Notes: generated from the sequence alone by a model not told the origin. A stretch of 63,990 nt of DNA, filler included, from Pirum gemmata (GCA_002812295.1; 24 parts of 24 records of this genome joined end to end with filler, not necessarily neighbours in it); one strand, 5' to 3'. Shown: positions 13,211 to 25,971, counted from the first letter of the whole stretch. Made by a program: numbers and translations.

Positions 13211-14455
13211 GCAGCATGGATATTCGACATGTGAAGAAAGTGACACCTGGGATAAAAGGCCTGTATTGCGAAAATAAGAACAAAAAGTTGATACTTTTGC
13301 CAGAGCAATTGTACGCAAAAACACCTGGAATTATTTTCGAAAAACACATCGAAAACAATTATCAGGTTTATTGCTATTAAATGACACCCATTTTTTCAAT
13401 ATTTTTTTGTTATGTTTTATATTAAATTAGATTTAGTTTCCAATAGAACCATTTATTAAGTATCCTTTACTCTAACACTGACTCCAAATATAAATGTATT
13501 ATTTAACCCTTACCAGAAGAATAAATTAACCTTAACCCAACTAAGACCCACTTCGACCCTTAACTTATAACACTCATTTGAACCTCAACCAACCCTAACC
13601 CTTACCCTAACCCTAACCCTAACCCTAACCCCTAACCCTAACCCTAACCCTAACCCCTAACCCTAACCCTCAACCCTAACCCTAACACTCAACTTTCGCG
13701 CTAATTTTCTCGCTAATTTTAACGCTAATTTAACTTCAAACCCCAACCCACAACTTTCGCGGTAATTTTCGCGGTAATTTTTGCACCAATTTTAACCCTT
13801 ATTTTAACACTTATTGTAACGCTAATAATGCTAATTTTAACTCCAATTTTAACGCCAATTTTAACGCCAATTTTAACGCCAATTTTAACGCCAATTTTAA
13901 CGCCAATTTTAGCTAATTTTAACACTAATTTTAACGCTAATTTTAACGCCAATTTTAACGCTAACTTTAACCCTAATTTTAACGCTAACGTTAATGCTAA
14001 TACTAAAGACTACAACTAACTCGAACACTAAAACTAACACCATAACTCACGCTAACGCTAAGGTTAACCCCAAGGCGAAAACTAAAGTTAACACCATGGC
14101 CAAATCTATCGCTATTGCTTAATATCAAAGCTAAATTAATCTCTATAACTAAGCCCCTGACCCCAATAAAATCGGTACACATGATATTAAAGTATTTTTA
14201 AATAGGTTGACGAGTGTAAAATATTTGTGACAAAGCAGTATTTTGTACAAAATATGGTTACAAATAATAGTAACAAAGAAGCGAACGATGGTATATTTAA
14301 TGTAGTGAGGGGCCATAGAATGCTACCAACTGAGATGGAGCATTACAGCTCTGACTATATTCTCGAAGCCAGTAAACTAGTTGGTAACTATTTACTTAAT
14401 GTAGTTGATGAAAATGGAAGGTTTATATATGTATGGGATCCTATAGAGTATAAAG
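13211..14455 (+). CDS. Two exons (13211-13365, 14206-14455) of an AMMECR1-like / bacterial-type protein
   Basis: GT-AG intron with matching phase 0. Exon 1 has PGIKGLY...KLILLPEQ (AMMECR1-like PGxxGL..R/KxxxLP). Exon 2 has VVRGHR and EASKLVGNYLLNVVDENGRFIYVWDP. Confidence 0.55.
13575..14000. repeat. Intronic (CCCTAA)n grading into a 12-mer (AATTTTAACGCC)n repeat
   Basis: Directly visible tandem arrays. Confidence 0.9.
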
Positions 14456-14509
14456 GTACATAATTATTATCATCTAGTTCCTGCTCTGCATGTCCCGTAT
14501 TCTTAAGCA

Positions 14510-15124
14510 TATAACTTAAGCCTAAGATTAAACCTAAACCTTAGCCTAAAACTAAAATTAAACTAACCCTAACCCTAACCCTAACCCTAACTCTAACTCT
14601 AACCCTGAACCCTAACCCTAAACCCTAAACCCCAAACCTAACCTTAACCCTAAACCTAAACCTAAATCTAAACCTAAACCTAAACCTAACCCTAACCCTA
14701 AACTTAAAACCCTAACCCTAAACTTAAACCCTAAAGCCTAAGCCTAAGCCTAAGCCTAAGCCTAAGCCTAAGCCTAAGCCTAAGCCTAAGCCTAAGCCTA
14801 AGCCTAAGCCTAAGCCNNNNNNNNNNNNNNNNNNNNNNNNNNNNNNNNNNNNNNNNNNNACCTAACCTTAACCCTAAACCTAAACCTAAATCTAAACCTA
14901 AACCTAAACCTAACCCTAACCCTAAACTTAAAACCCTAACCCTAAACTTAAACCCTAAAGCCTAAGCCTAAGCCTAAGCCTAAGCCTAAGCCTAAGCCTA
15001 AGCCTAAGCCTAAGCCTAAGCCTAATTCTAATCCCAATTCCCATTATAAGGCTAAGGCTAAGACCAAACTATAATTAAACTAACCCTAACCCTAACCCTA
15101 ACCCTAACCCTAACTCTAACCCTG

Positions 15125-15156
<32 letters not shown>

Positions 15157-15428
15157 GCTCTAACTCTAACCCTGAACCCTAACCCTAAACCCTAAACCCC
15201 AAACCTAACCTTAACCCCAAACCTAAACCTAAACCTAAACCTAACCCTAACCCTAACCCTAACCCTAACCCTAAACTTAAAACCCTAACCCTAAACTTAA
15301 ACCCTAAAGCCTAAGCCTAAGCCTAAGCCCAAGCCTAAGCCCAATCCTAAGCCTAAACCTACACCTAAAGCTAAAGCCAAAGCAGAGCCTAAGCCTAAAT
15401 TTAGACCTAAGCCTAAATGTAGGCTGGC
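14510..15428. repeat. Intronic mosaic of (CCCTAA)n, (CCTAAA)n and (GCCTAA)n
   Basis: Directly visible tandem arrays. The segment after the internal N-gap repeats the segment before it. Confidence 0.9.
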
Positions 15429-16007
15429 NNNNNNNNNNNNNNNNNNNNNNNNNNNNNNNNNNNNNNNNNNNNTTAATTAATTAANNNNNNNNNNNNNNNN
15501 NNNNNNNNNNNNNNNNNNNNNNNNNNNNTATACTAATACTAATACTAATACTAATACTAATACTAATACTAATACTAGAAACCGCAAGTATTTATCATTT
15601 TTATTCTATATTCTAATACTAATACTAATACTAATACTAATACCATTACTAATACCATTACTAATACCATTACTAATACTAATACTAATACTAATACTAA
15701 TACTAATACCAATACCAATACCAATACCAATGCCAATGCCAATACCAATACCAATACTAATACTAATACTAATACTAATACTAATACTAATACTAATACT
15801 AATACTAATACTAATAAAATACCAATGCTAATACTAATACCAATACTCTAACTACCCAACCCCAACCCCAACCCGCAATTCGCAACCCCTTAGGGTTAGG
15901 GTTACCTTAACCCTTAACTCTTAATCTTAACCCTTAACTCTTAACTCTTAACTCTTAACTCTTAACTCTTTAACTCTTAACTCTTTAACTCTTTAAATAC
16001 AAAATAG

Positions 16008-17746
16008 GAACCGCCTTGAAGATGTCAGTGATATAGCTGCCTTGTTTCAGGAAAAAGGTTGTGATGTAAAAGCGATAGGTTACACCAAAGAGGTTACCTC
16101 CTTTTGGAAACTAGTCGCTGACAGCAGCGTAAACACCCCGTGGCCTAATAGTATCTCTACCGAGCTAGTATCTCCTATATTACAGGTATTCAAGGGTTGA
16201 GGGTAAGAGTTATAGATTTGGGTTAGGGTTGGGTTTGGAGTTGAGGTGGTTGGGTTGGGGTGGTTGGGTTAGGGTTAATTAGGGTTAGGGTTAGGGTTAG
16301 CAATCCTTATCCTTATCCTTACCTTATCCTTATCCTTACCTTATCCTTATCCTTACCTTATCCTTATCCTTACCTTATCCTTATCCTTATCCTTACCTTA
16401 TCCTTATCCTTATCTTATCCTTACCCTTACCCTTACCCTTGTCTTTACCCTTACCCTTACCATTATCCTCATCCTTGACATTATTCTTGTCCCTTGCCCT
16501 TATCCCTATCCCTATCCTTATCCTTATCCTTATCCTTATATCGTTATTGTTATTGTTATCGTTATCGTTATTGTTATTGTTATCGTTATTGTTATTGTTA
16601 TCGTTATTGTTATTGTTATTGTTATCGTTATCGTTATCGTTATCGTTTATTGTTTATTGTTTATTGTTTATTGTTTATTGTTATCGTTAATTAGGGTTAG
16701 GGTTAGGGTTAGCAATCCTTATCCTTATCTTTATCCTTATCCTTACCCTTACCCTTACCCTTACCCTTACCCTTACCCTTACCCTCGTCTTTACCCTTAC
16801 CCTTACCCTTACCCTTGTCTTTACCCTTACCCTTATCCTCATCCTCATCCTCATCCTTGACATTATTCTTGTCCCTTGCCCTTATCCGTATCCTTATCCT
16901 TATTGTTATCGTTATCGTTATCGTTTATTGTTATCGTTTATTGTTTATTGTTTATTGTTATCGTTTTCATTATCATCATTATCATTATCATAATATTTAT
17001 CATTATCATTATCATTTTTTCCTAATTATCATTATCGGAATCACTATAGTTACTGTGATCATTACCATTTCTCTTGTCATTAATATTATTTATAGGGTGA
17101 AAAGGGCTTTCTGGAATTAAGAAAAGTATTATTAACTACTAATGGACTGCCGCGGTCAGAAATCAACATTGACCAATCTTGTGGATTTCATGTCCATATT
17201 AGCCGAAAAGGTTTGGAAAGAGATATTGCTTCTCTTTATAGTATTTGTTATCATTTTTGCAAGTTCGAAGATGTTTTTGACCTGTTCGTTCCGCAATCCA
17301 GAAGAAAAAATAATAACGGGTACTGCAAATCTAATAAATCCATTTTCAAATTGGAGTATTCATCTTCTCGTAAGTTTGTTGTGGTTGTGGTTGGTAGTGT
17401 TGGTGGATTAGGCGTGATGGTGATTGTGATTGTGGTTGTGGTTGTGGTTGTGTTCTTTTATATTATGATTATGATTATCATTAGGATTATGACTGACTAT
17501 GATTATGGTTATGATTATATTTATGATTATACTTATGATTATGATTGTAGTTGTGGTTGTATTGTGATTTTTTAGTTTTTATCTATACATCCACTTATTT
17601 TGTTTATTTATAATTATGATTTGCTATTATGCTAGTTAATTTGAATACTTTAAAAGATGCCATGAATACACCTGGCCCTGAAAAATCTGCTCGATATTTC
17701 AAGTTAAACTTGCAAAATCTTGGACCTGGCTTAATTAATACTATTG
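16008..17746 (+). CDS. Putative amidoligase (Amidoligase_2 / COOH-NH2 ligase type 2), exons 16008-16185, 17096-17369, 17636-17746
   Basis: The spliced, phase-consistent translation gives the family motifs WKLVADSSV...ELVSPIL, SCGFHVH, FEDVFDLFVPQSRR...YCKS and RYFKLNL...TI, with TIEFR expected in the next exon. Introns are GT-AG and filled with microsatellites. Confidence 0.85.
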
Positions 17747-19547
17747 GTAAGTTTTCATTATCATCATTATTATCATTATTATCATCATTATCATTATTAT
17801 CATTATTATCATCATTATCATCATTAGCATGATCATCATTAGCATGATCATTATCATCATGATCATCATTATCATCATTATCAACATCATTAGCATTAAC
17901 ATTAGCATCGTCCTCATCATCATCATAATCACCATTAGCGTTAGTATTGGTGTTATTATCATTATTATTTATTATTTGTTATTTATTATTTATTATTTAT
18001 NNNNNNNNNNNNNNNNNNNNNNNNNNNNNNNNNNNNNNNNNNNNTTAATTAATTAANNNNNNNNNNNNNNNNNNNNNNNNNNNNNNNNNNNNNNNNNNNN
18101 ATAATATTATTTGGTTGTTTCTATAATATCATATTTTTTTCTCTAGTTTGTTGTATGATAGGTCTACAGCTAGTCTACAGTTCATTACAGTTGTCCTCTT
18201 TACCTGTAGATTTCAATCTTTTATTTGGTAATTTTTAAAAGAACTTGTTTAATATAAAATACCAAATTAGTTAAAAATAATTATTTGGTAGGTTTATTCG
18301 AACTGGAAAACCAAATAGCTAGTCTAGCTAGTTCAAGTAGTCTAGTTAGTGGTCGCTAGCTAGCTAGTCTAGCTAGACTACTTTGAATGTACTAGCTAGG
18401 TGAATGTTCCTAAAAATCGAATCAAACAGCTTGATCCTAATTATATATATATTTTCGAATTTCTAGTCTTTCTATGAAATTTCTAAGAATTTTTTAATGA
18501 ATTTTTGAAAGTGAGTCAATACTTAAATTAAATCGAAAATTGTAAAAATTCGAACTAGTATCGATTCGATAGTTTTTTCCATTTACATAAAAAAAAAAAA
18601 ACGACCTCGTGTTTTTTGTGACTAGGACCCTGATATTTGGAGACCCTGAGATGGTAGTAAAAAAATTCAATAATAATAATAATAATAATTTTTTTTTTTT
18701 GAATAAAGTTAAGAGGGTTGCAATTCTTTTAAAAATGTCCAACTTTCGGGTTTCACTGGAGTTTTCATAATGATATTTTTAATAGATTTGAAATTTTCAA
18801 ACATAAAAAAAAAAAGGTGCGACTTTTAATTTTTAGTAAAAAAAAGTAGGGAGTTTTTAGATTTTTTGCACCATGTTATTTATAACAATCGAAAAATATT
18901 ATTATTATTATAATAATTTTTTTAACTACCAAACTGGATAAAAATTATTACGACATCCGCCATATTGAGCTCAAAAATTCAAAAAATCTCAAAATACTCC
19001 AATTTTAATTTTAAACTACTACTAAAACTTGAGAATTATCTAACTAAGAAAACCCTATTATGACCCAATGGCTAGTTTTTAAAAATAATTTGGCTAGTTA
19101 ATATTAAAGGTTTTTAGAAAAGAAGTCTAAAAAAAATGATTTCAACAGTTTTATCTGGCATTTAAAAAAAAAAATTAGCAGTAACAAATAGATAGTATAT
19201 ACATATTAGATTTATATCATAATGTATTGTTATCGTCATATCTACATGTATATCATTTGTATATCTATCTGCAAAGTATGTTAAAACGTTGTTGTTATGT
19301 AATGGAAATAATTCGTTTTCAGTAAAATTGCGATAACAATATTAATACCCATTTTAGTGTACTTCCATTTTATATAAATTATAAAATAATAATATTTATT
19401 TGGTAAATAATAAAAACGACAAGAATAACAAAAATATCAAACGCAACAATAGTTTCATTCAACAACATCAACAACAACAACATATAACAGCCATACCATA
19501 ATAACTACAAAACCCACACTCACCAGAACCACAACAAATTTACAATA

Positions 19548-20594
19548 ATGAGCGACTTGAATACTTTAGATATATACAGTTTAAACCATGTTATTATCAA
19601 TGGACAAACTGCAAAATTACGAAAAATCTTACTTTCTTATTCCAAATCTAACCCCGAATTAATGTTGAAGGTTAGTAGTACACTCATTCACTTGGCAGTG
19701 AAAGAAAATCAAACCGAATGTTTAGAAATGGTTCTGAATGATTTTGAAAATAACATTAACAAAGAAGATGAATACGGGAAAACACCTTTATTTTATGCCA
19801 TAGAGCAAAAAGATATTACATGTGCTAAATTACTACTTGAAAAACCAAACCTAGATCCAAACGCCATATGTTATACAGAGTTAATGCAAACACCATTGAT
19901 TAAATCTGTAGTTGATAATAATATACAATTAGTACAGTTATTATTGCAAGGAGAGAAAATGGTTGATTTAACGAAAAAAGGGTATGTATTTTCTAAAAGA
20001 GGAAAAAGAAGGTTGTGTAATGCATTGCAAGTTGCTGAAATGTTTTCATATAAAGATATTTTTTCCGAACTTAAAAAATATAATTACTTTGAAGATTTGA
20101 ACATCACTACTGCTACAAATGTACACGCACGTAATTCAAAAAACCAAACCCCACTTCATGCAATACTAACCTGCAATGGAATTAAAGAAGAAATTATACT
20201 AGAAGGTGTTAACTTACTGTTAAAGCAAGGTGCTGATTTATATGCTCAAGATTGTTTTAAAAATATTCCTATTGTTTATGCAATACAACATAATTATGCT
20301 GACGTGGTCCAAGCTTTTATTAATGCAGGTTATAATGTTAATGGGTTTAAAGAAAAATATGAAGTACTTCCTATAGCTGAAGCTATTAAGTTCAATTCTA
20401 CTAGTTGTTTGAAAAAATTATTAATCAATGGTGCTGATCCTAATTGTGTGTTTAAATGTAAAATGTTGCGAAACAAAAATGTTTTACCAATTCAATTTGC
20501 AATGTCAGTTCTTGATGTCTGTGAGAGTACTAGTAGCGAAGAGAAAAAATTTATAAGTAATATCTTTAGCAGGAAAAATAGTAATAATAATAAT
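19548..20594 (+). CDS. Ankyrin-repeat protein, 3'-truncated by contig end
   Basis: Multiple ankyrin repeats (EDEYGKTPLFYAI, QTPLIKSV, QTPLHAIL...LLLKQGADL, LLINGADPN). Confidence 0.9.
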
Positions 20595-20740
20595 NNNNNN
20601 NNNNNNNNNNNNNNNNNNNNNNNNNNNNNNNNNNNNNNTTAATTAATTAANNNNNNNNNNNNNNNNNNNNNNNNNNNNNNNNNNNNNNNNNNNNAATTGC
20701 ATCAAGGTCATCGCTTTCCTAATAATAATAATAATAATGC

Positions 20741-21587
20741 CTTAGAAGCCCCTTCATTTATCCAATACTCTGCATTTTCCACCGTTATGCCACCCCCTAC
20801 TTGTAAATTGTTGGGCCAAGCCTAAACATAAAGAATATATAAATAATAAAAAGAAATTGCCACTATAAGAGTAAATTGTAAAAGTAAAAATAAAGTAGAA
20901 AAAAATACAATAAAATAAACACACCAATAACAAAAACAACAACAATAAATAATATTAATAATGATGATGATGATTAATAAGTAATAAGCAATAATAGTAA
21001 CAATAATAGTAATAGTAATAATACAAAACCCAGAGTTCAATCTGGAGTTACAAAATATACATCTGAAATCCGTAATAGTAACAGTAATAGGTAATAGTTA
21101 ACATATATAATACATCATTATGATGTATTATTGTATATATTCTAATTTTGTGTCGGTATATATTTCACGCGTCAATTCATGATTTCAGGGAATTACAATA
21201 CCGTGATTTATTAAAACAAAATTTATGTCAAAGTAAAGGAATTATTCTTCTAATAGTACCCTACACTCAGAAAAATATCGAACAATACATCATTCATCAA
21301 TTAAATCCCATTTACCATAAGTTATTTTTGTTGTAGATGATATATATTATAACCTATACCTTTATAGCATGTAAAGCAGCTTCGTCGTTATTCGGTCCAA
21401 GCTTTATTACATGTGCACCTTGTAAATTATGAAGTTTGTATAAATTAGAGAAATAAGCAGAATCATGTTCTGAAACAAAATTGGTTTGTAAACTTTCATC
21501 ATTGTCTGTTAAAGTTCCACCAACAATTTGTTTCACTTCTCCGTGATGTAAGTCAATGCAAGGACGAAATAAGCTTTTACTAACCAT
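20741..21587 (-). CDS. HIS6: ProFAR isomerase (eukaryotic His6 type), exons 21360-21587 and 20741-20821
   Basis: [20 protein letters not shown]...TNFVS...GAHVIKLGP is spliced in phase 0 to [26 protein letters not shown]. The rest of the gene is beyond the contig end. Confidence 0.92.
21148..21336 (+). pseudogene. C-terminal fragment of an NCLDV-type Vsr/PD-(D/E)xK restriction-like endonuclease, nested antisense in HIS6 intron 1
   Basis: FH...[34 protein letters not shown] matches the recalled motif FH..F..Q..RD..K...C...GI.LI.VPY of giant-virus nucleases. There is no intact N-terminus. Confidence 0.65.
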
Positions 21588-21629
21588 TTTTTTTAATAGT
21601 GGGAATACACAAAAACCTGATGGATAGAA

Positions 21630-21660
<31 letters not shown>

Positions 21661-22033
21661 ATTGGTGATTATAATGATTTTATTAAGAGTGAAATAAAAT
21701 ATAAATAGACTCTTGAGTTTAGGAAAACAAAACTGTATGATATCTGTATCACTATTTATTTATATGCATAATATTATGATAATAATAAAAAAATATTAAA
21801 TTTTATGTAGACCCACAAAATCGAAATCGTGGCCTGCTGCTATTGATGTGGTATCAGCTAGCTAGTAAGGGTTAGGGTTAGGGTTAGGGTTAGGGTTAGG
21901 GTTAGGGTTAGGGTTAGGGTTAGGGTTAGGGTTAGGGAGTGGTGGCGCGGTCTAGCTAGCTAGGGTTAGCTAGCTAGTAGCTAGTCTAGCTGCGATTTTT
22001 TTTTTGTTTGGTTCCACTTTGATGCACATAGGA

Positions 22034-22117
22034 ATGACGTCATATACCGATATATGACGTCATATACCTTTATGACGTCATAAACCGATATGACGTCATA
22101 AACCGATATGACGTCAT
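22034..22117. promoter_or_regulatory. Array of five palindromic ATGACGTCAT (CRE/ATF-type bZIP) sites upstream of HIS6
   Basis: Copies start at 22034, 22054, 22072, 22090 and 22108, about 450-530 bp upstream of the HIS6 ATG. The regulatory role is inferred. Confidence 0.5.
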
Positions 22118-24074
22118 AAAACCAAATACAAATATAAAAGATTGCGTCACTCAAAACTTTTTTGTTGCCAACATTTTATCATGGATATTATGATTATGAT
22201 TATGATAATAATAAATAATTATTATTATGATATTGCTGTTTATAATAAATAAATATATTATTATAAATAATTATTATCAGAAATGATTATTGATATCAAA
22301 TAGTTATTTATTGTTTGCTATAATAAAAAGTTGTTATTGTTATTATGATAATCTATTTATATAAAAACTTTGATATTAGTATTATTCTTATAAATTATTA
22401 ATCTTATTAGTCTATTATTGTTATTATTATTGGAGAGTCTTTTTTATATTTATTAAAAAAAAAAAGCAAAATAGTATACATGGAGTAAACTCACAAAGGC
22501 ATTTTCGCATTTACATTTACAGTATATAGTTACTTTTTTACTTTTATTTATTTTAGTGTATTTATTTCTGAATTTTATTAATATTATTTTTGACAAAAGA
22601 TTAATTAAAGCAACGTCAACGACAACGACAACGACAACGACAATACCAGAAATAGAAATGGTAAATTCTATTATTTTCTTTTTAGTTTTTATTTTTATTT
22701 TTATTTTTTCTGTTACTACTACTACTGCTGCTGTCGCTGTTGGTGGTGCTTTGTTGTTGTTGTTGGTGGTGGTGGTGGTGGTGGTGCTGGTATTGGTGTT
22801 GGTGTTGGTGTTGGTGTTGTTATTGTTGTTGTTGTCTGTGATGTTTGGTTTGTGTTGTTTGTGCTGTTTGCTCTGTTTAGGTTGTTTGCTTTGGGTTATT
22901 TGTTTTGGGTTATTTTTGTGTTATTTATGTTGGTGTTTGCGTTTGTGTTATCAGTTATTTGTATTGTTTGTATTGTTTGTATTGTTTGTATTGTATTGTT
23001 TGTATTGTATTGTTTGTATTGTATTTTTGGTATTTTTTGCATTGTTTGTGTTGTTTGTGTTGTTTGTGTTGTTTGTGTTGTTTGTGCTATGTTATGTTGT
23101 GTTGTTCTGTGTTGTTCTGTTGTGTGTGTTTTGTGCTGTTTGTATTTGTCCTGTTGTCACTATTGTTATTATTGCTATTGTTACGTCTTCCTTCTTCTAA
23201 TCAAAANNNNNNNNNNNNNNNNNNNNNNNNNNNNNNNNNNNNNNNNNNNNTTAATTAATTAANNNNNNNNNNNNNNNNNNNNNNNNNNNNNNNNNNNNNN
23301 NNNNNNTAATAATAATAATAATAATAATATTAATATTAATGTTTACAGAAGCTAGAAAACTGCGAGAAAAGGGAGCATTTAAATACAGCTTCAAATACCC
23401 CTACCTACCAACCCCTTGACTTTAATTTCCGGTCAAATACCGCCTACCTACCTACCCCTTGACGTGACATATTATTTGAATCCCAAACTGGAAAAATGTT
23501 TGAAAAAAAATGCTGCCTAATAATATTATGTAGCTACCGGTATCGCCGGTTGGACGGATTTGACAAAAAAAAAAGGGCAAATTCAACTCGATCTCGGCGA
23601 GGGCAAAGTGATACAAAATGTTAATCCTTTTTAACCCTAACCCTAACCCTAACCCTAACCCTAACCCTAACCCTAACCCTAACTAACCCTAACCCTAACC
23701 CTAACCCTAACCCTATATTAAACCTAGCCCTATATTAAACCCTCCCTAACCCTATATTAAACCCTAACCCAGTAACCCTAACCCTAACCCTAACATATTT
23801 GGGAAAATACTACTTAAAAAAGTAAAATAACGCACCAAAAAGGTTACAAGTTATCACTTAAAACACCATATTTGATATTTGTAACGCGCTACTATTTTTT
23901 AAAAAAAACACATATTTGGCAAATATATTTGGCAAATAGCTTTTTTTAGTTAAAACGCACCAAAATCCGGTAACCAATAATAACTATGAGAATGGAAGAT
24001 TTCTGACTAAAAACCAATAATGAAAATAATTTTTATAATAAAATTATTTAAATATCCCTATCAGTAGTGATGTA

Positions 24075-24357
24075 GTAGGGGTGAGATATCTACTGGAACT
24101 TTTTTCGAACAGTTGCTTATCGAGCCAACCTTAGTTCCGTGTTTTTACTAATAATAGCAGTTAAATAGCTTAAAATAGTAAATNTAGTCCATGTTTCTTA
24201 CTAATAATAGCAGTTAAATAACTTAAAATAGTAAATTTAATTATAGTAGATACCAATAAAAATAATAATATTAACATTAATAGTAATAAAAATCATAAAA
24301 ATTGAAAAAGTTCTGGTAACTGTTCGGTAATAAAAAATGACGTCATCTCACCCCTAC
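24075..24357 (-). mobile_element. MITE family B copy (TIR GTAGGGGTGAGAT)
   Basis: Both TIRs are present. The interior matches 43079-43310, with a small duplication at the single N. Confidence 0.8.
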
Positions 24358-24409
24358 TCTCTTAATTAAAAAACAGTTTTACATTTCTGGCCAGTGATAT
24401 CACTTATGT

Positions 24410-24611
24410 TTGTTATAAAAGCTATCTAAATTTGTTAAGAGAAAATACAAAATCATAAATATAATTATGTTAGGGTTAGGGTTAGGGTTAGGGTTAGGGT
24501 TAGGGTTAGGGTTAGGGTTAGGGTTAGGGTTAGGGTTAGGGTTAGGGTTAGGGTTGTTATAAAAGCTATCTAAATTGTTAAGAGAAAATACAAAATCATA
24601 AATATAATTAT
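24410..24611 (+). repeat. (GGGTTA)n tract flanked by a ~58 bp direct duplication
   Basis: TTGTTATAAAAGCTATCTAAA...AATCATAAATATAATTAT occurs at 24410-24468 and 24554-24611 (one T difference), around a pure telomeric tract at 24469-24555. Confidence 0.9.
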
Positions 24612-25971
24612 AAATAATAACAATTTAATAAATAGTAAGTAACCAATAACTAAAACACAAAATAATATTAATAACAAAACCTTATTATTATTAAAAAAAC
24701 TAAAAACTAACTTTTTCCAAAAAACAATAGCTGCAAAAATCGCTTAATTTAAGTAGGCCTCTCCCAATTCTGCTCAAAATTGACGTCGAGGGGTAGGCGA
24801 ATAGGGGTATTTGAAGCTGTATGTGACCCTAACCCTAACCCTAACCCTAACCCTAACCCTAACCCTAACCCTAACCCTAACCCTAACCCTAACCCTAACC
24901 CTAACATACTACTACTAGCTAGCTAAAGGCCACCTCACAGTTAAAAGTACTGTACTACTAGAGCAGTTATAATACCATAAGGAGTGATCAAATAATACGT
25001 CACGTCAAGGGGTAGGTAAGTAGGTGGTATTTGACCGGAAATTGACGTCGAGGGGTAGGTAAATAGGGGTATTTCAAGTTGTATGCGACCGGAAATTGGC
25101 GTTAAAAGTAGTATTTGATCATAATAATAATAATTTTATTCATATTCTAAGGGAGGGTTCAAATAATACGTCACGTCAAGGGGTAGGTAGGTAGGCGGGA
25201 TTTGACTGGAAATTAACGTCAAGGGGTAGGTAGGTAGGGGTATTTGAAGCTGTCCACTACTCTAGCCTAAACAACTACTAGCTATATGATAGTAGTTATC
25301 AGATACCACTAGCTAGCTAGATTATCAGGCTATATTATTTCGAGCTATATATGGATATTTCGGGCTACATATGGATATTACGGGCTATATATGGATATTT
25401 ATTTTTTAGATATATTTCGGGCAAAGACTGCATGAATTTCCTGGGGTCTTTGATTTCGGGCATAACCCTAACCCTAACCCTAACCCTAACCCTAACCCTA
25501 ACCCTAACCCTAACCCTAACCCTAACCCTAACCCTAACCCTAACCCTAACCCTAACCCTAACCCTCTCGTTTCAAAAAAAAACAACTAGTTCGTTAAAAT
25601 TTTAAATACAACTATGAAGGAACCGTAAGAACCGTTAATTATTAAAAAAAAATCGTTAACTATAATAAGTAAATTTTATTAGTAAGCACTGCTATACTAC
25701 TGCTATACTTGTAATTAAAATTTCTACAATTAATTAATTTTTTATGTTTTTTTTTTTTTTTTTTTTTTTTTTTTNNNNNNNNNNNNNNNNNNNNNNNNNN
25801 NNNNNNNNNNNNNNNNNNTTAATTAATTAANNNNNNNNNNNNNNNNNNNNNNNNNNNNNNNNNNNNNNNNNNNNTAATAATAATAATAATAATAATAATA
25901 AAGGTGGTGGTAATAAACAAGATCATATTGCAAAAAAAAAGAACAAAAAAACAAAACAAAACAAAAAATAC

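Noticed and set aside
22034..22117. CRISPR-like array
   Set aside because: The repeats are 10 bp with 8-10 bp near-identical spacers, there are no cas genes, and the context is eukaryotic.
22556..23262. Hydrophobic or Cys-rich ORFs here and at 16260-17120, 26588-27611, 31010-31222, 35177-35477, 55225-55480, 60102-60581 and 61655-61913
   Set aside because: They are translations of microsatellites that lack stop codons.
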